Shown here: piece by piece, positions 23,134 to 24,000 of the stretch
How the letters are laid out: each line of letters begins with the position of its first letter
How positions within the stretch are numbered: the first letter of the stretch is position 1
Assembly: GCA_949299585.1 (NCBI GenBank)
Contig: CASGCC010000001.1
Location: 1-24,000 of the forward strand
Direction: 5' to 3'
Source of the DNA: an uncultured Bacillota bacterium
GTDB lineage: Bacteria > Bacillota_I > Bacilli_A > Erysipelotrichales > Erysipelotrichaceae
Length of the DNA: 24,000 nt
Position numbers and translations under genes: made by a program
Notes under the pieces: generated by a model
The model's database searches: none
Seen by the model: only the letters and a program-made list of their open reading frames with translations
What the model was told of the DNA's origin: nothing

Positions 23134-24000
23134 AACGATGCCTCCTGCTAATCAACAGATACAAGAAAAATGGTGCTCCGATCAATGCCATGATGATGCC
23201 AGCTGGTAATTCGCTAGGAGCAAATAATAAGCGTCCGCCAAGGTCAGACAATATCGTCAAAATCGCCCCGGCGATTCCCGACAGCCCTAACTGAAAACGC
23301 ATGTCATGCTGTGAAAAATAACGCGCGATATGCGGAACGATCAAACCGACAAAGCCTAGCAAGCCAGCAAAGGATACTGCCGCTGCACATAAGGCTGCAC
23401 TAGCTGTCAAGGCGATGATCCTAATGCTTTTGACATTGACGCCTAAGCTTTGAGCCATTTCATCGCCTAGACATAAGATATTTAATTTAGCAGCCAAGCA
23501 TTGCAAAACAATAAAAGCAGCCGCAATGATCACTGCCGGAAAAGCCAAGCGAACCAAAGATACATCCGCAAAGCCCCCAACGCTAAAAGCCGTATATGAA
23601 GTCAAAACATCAGGATAGCGCAATGACAAAAATGAAATTCCGGCATTTAAGATCGAAGAAATAGCTACTCCAGCTAAAACGATCGTGGTGCCCTGCGTAC
23701 GATTTCCCCCATAAAAAGCTAAAGACATCACGATAAATGTCGTTACCAATGCTCCTGCAAAAGCTCCGATCGGCAGCCATATCCATAACTTGCTCATGAA
23801 GCATAGCATTACCATGACCACAAACCCTGCCCCCGCATTGATACCGATGATATTAGGAGCGCAAAGATGATTGTTGGTAACATTTTGTAAAACAGCTCCT
23901 GCAACTGCCAAGGCAAAACCAGCCAAAGCTGCAGCGCAAACCCGCGGCAATCTAAGTTGTAATATGATGATATATGCCGTTGAAAATGGATCCTTTAATC
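23120..24000 (-). CDS. FecCD family ABC permease (iron-chelate/cobalamin uptake type), 5' end outside the window
   Basis: The reading frame stays open to position 24000. The canonical FecCD motif IILQLRLPRV..A...G..LA..G...Q spans the ORF-track start, which is a TTG at 23950 and not a real start. Confidence 0.85.
   Translation of the reverse strand, partial: LKDPFSTAYIIILQLRLPRVCAAALAGFALAVAGAVLQNVTNNHLCAPNIIGINAGAGFVVMVMLCFMSKLWIWLPIGAFAGALVTTFIVMSLAFYGGNRTQGTTIVLAGVAISSILNAGISFLSLRYPDVLTSYTAFSVGGFADVSLVRLAFPAVIIAAAFIVLQCLAAKLNILCLGDEMAQSLGVNVKSIRIIALTASAALCAAAVSFAGLLGFVGLIVPHIARYFSQHDMRFQLGLSGIAGAILTILSDLGGRLLFAPSELPAGIIMALIGAPFFLYLLISRRHRYGRM

Noticed and set aside
1-24000. Mobile elements, CRISPR arrays, defence systems, tRNA/rRNA genes
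   Set aside because: I saw no transposase, integrase or recombinase-like ORFs, no terminal inverted repeats, no regularly spaced direct repeats, and no cloverleaf or rRNA-like sequence. The only long repeat is the YitT paralogue pair.

Overview
Low-GC, Bacillota-like chromosomal segment. Nearly all genes are on the minus strand, and I saw no transposase, integrase, CRISPR array, rRNA or tRNA. Three things stand out.

(1) Positions ~778-14352 hold a tightly coupled 15-gene minus-strand locus. It encodes an HTH/PRD regulator, a lactose/cellobiose-type PTS (EIIA, EIIB, EIIC) interleaved with two RDD-family membrane proteins, and a small GrdB-N-terminal-like protein. These are followed by an unknown TIM-barrel-like protein, an M42 peptidase pair (one copy has lost every metal ligand), a cytoplasmic glycosylasparaginase-type Ntn hydrolase, an M20 peptidase, a DUF871/MupG-like 6-phospho-glycosidase, CutC and a YitT-family protein. 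I read it as a candidate PTS-dependent pathway for Asn-linked GlcNAc glycopeptides. Two collinear YitT paralogues bracket it.

(2) Positions 22087-22369 (minus) contain a complete T-box riboswitch leader with its own promoter, antiterminator and terminator, but no gene behind it. It points into the 3' end of a convergent K+/H+ antiporter gene, and brnQ lies 1.85 kb further on the same strand.

(3) Several repeated palindromic cis-elements occur in intergenic regions.

The remaining genes look like housekeeping or accessory functions: a TraX-family protein, Dps, NagA, DeoC, an XRE regulator plus membrane protein, BrnQ, an NhaP2-type antiporter, and a FecCD/FecE-type ABC importer whose permease runs off the window. 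All calls come from reading the sequence and remembered family motifs. No searches were run.
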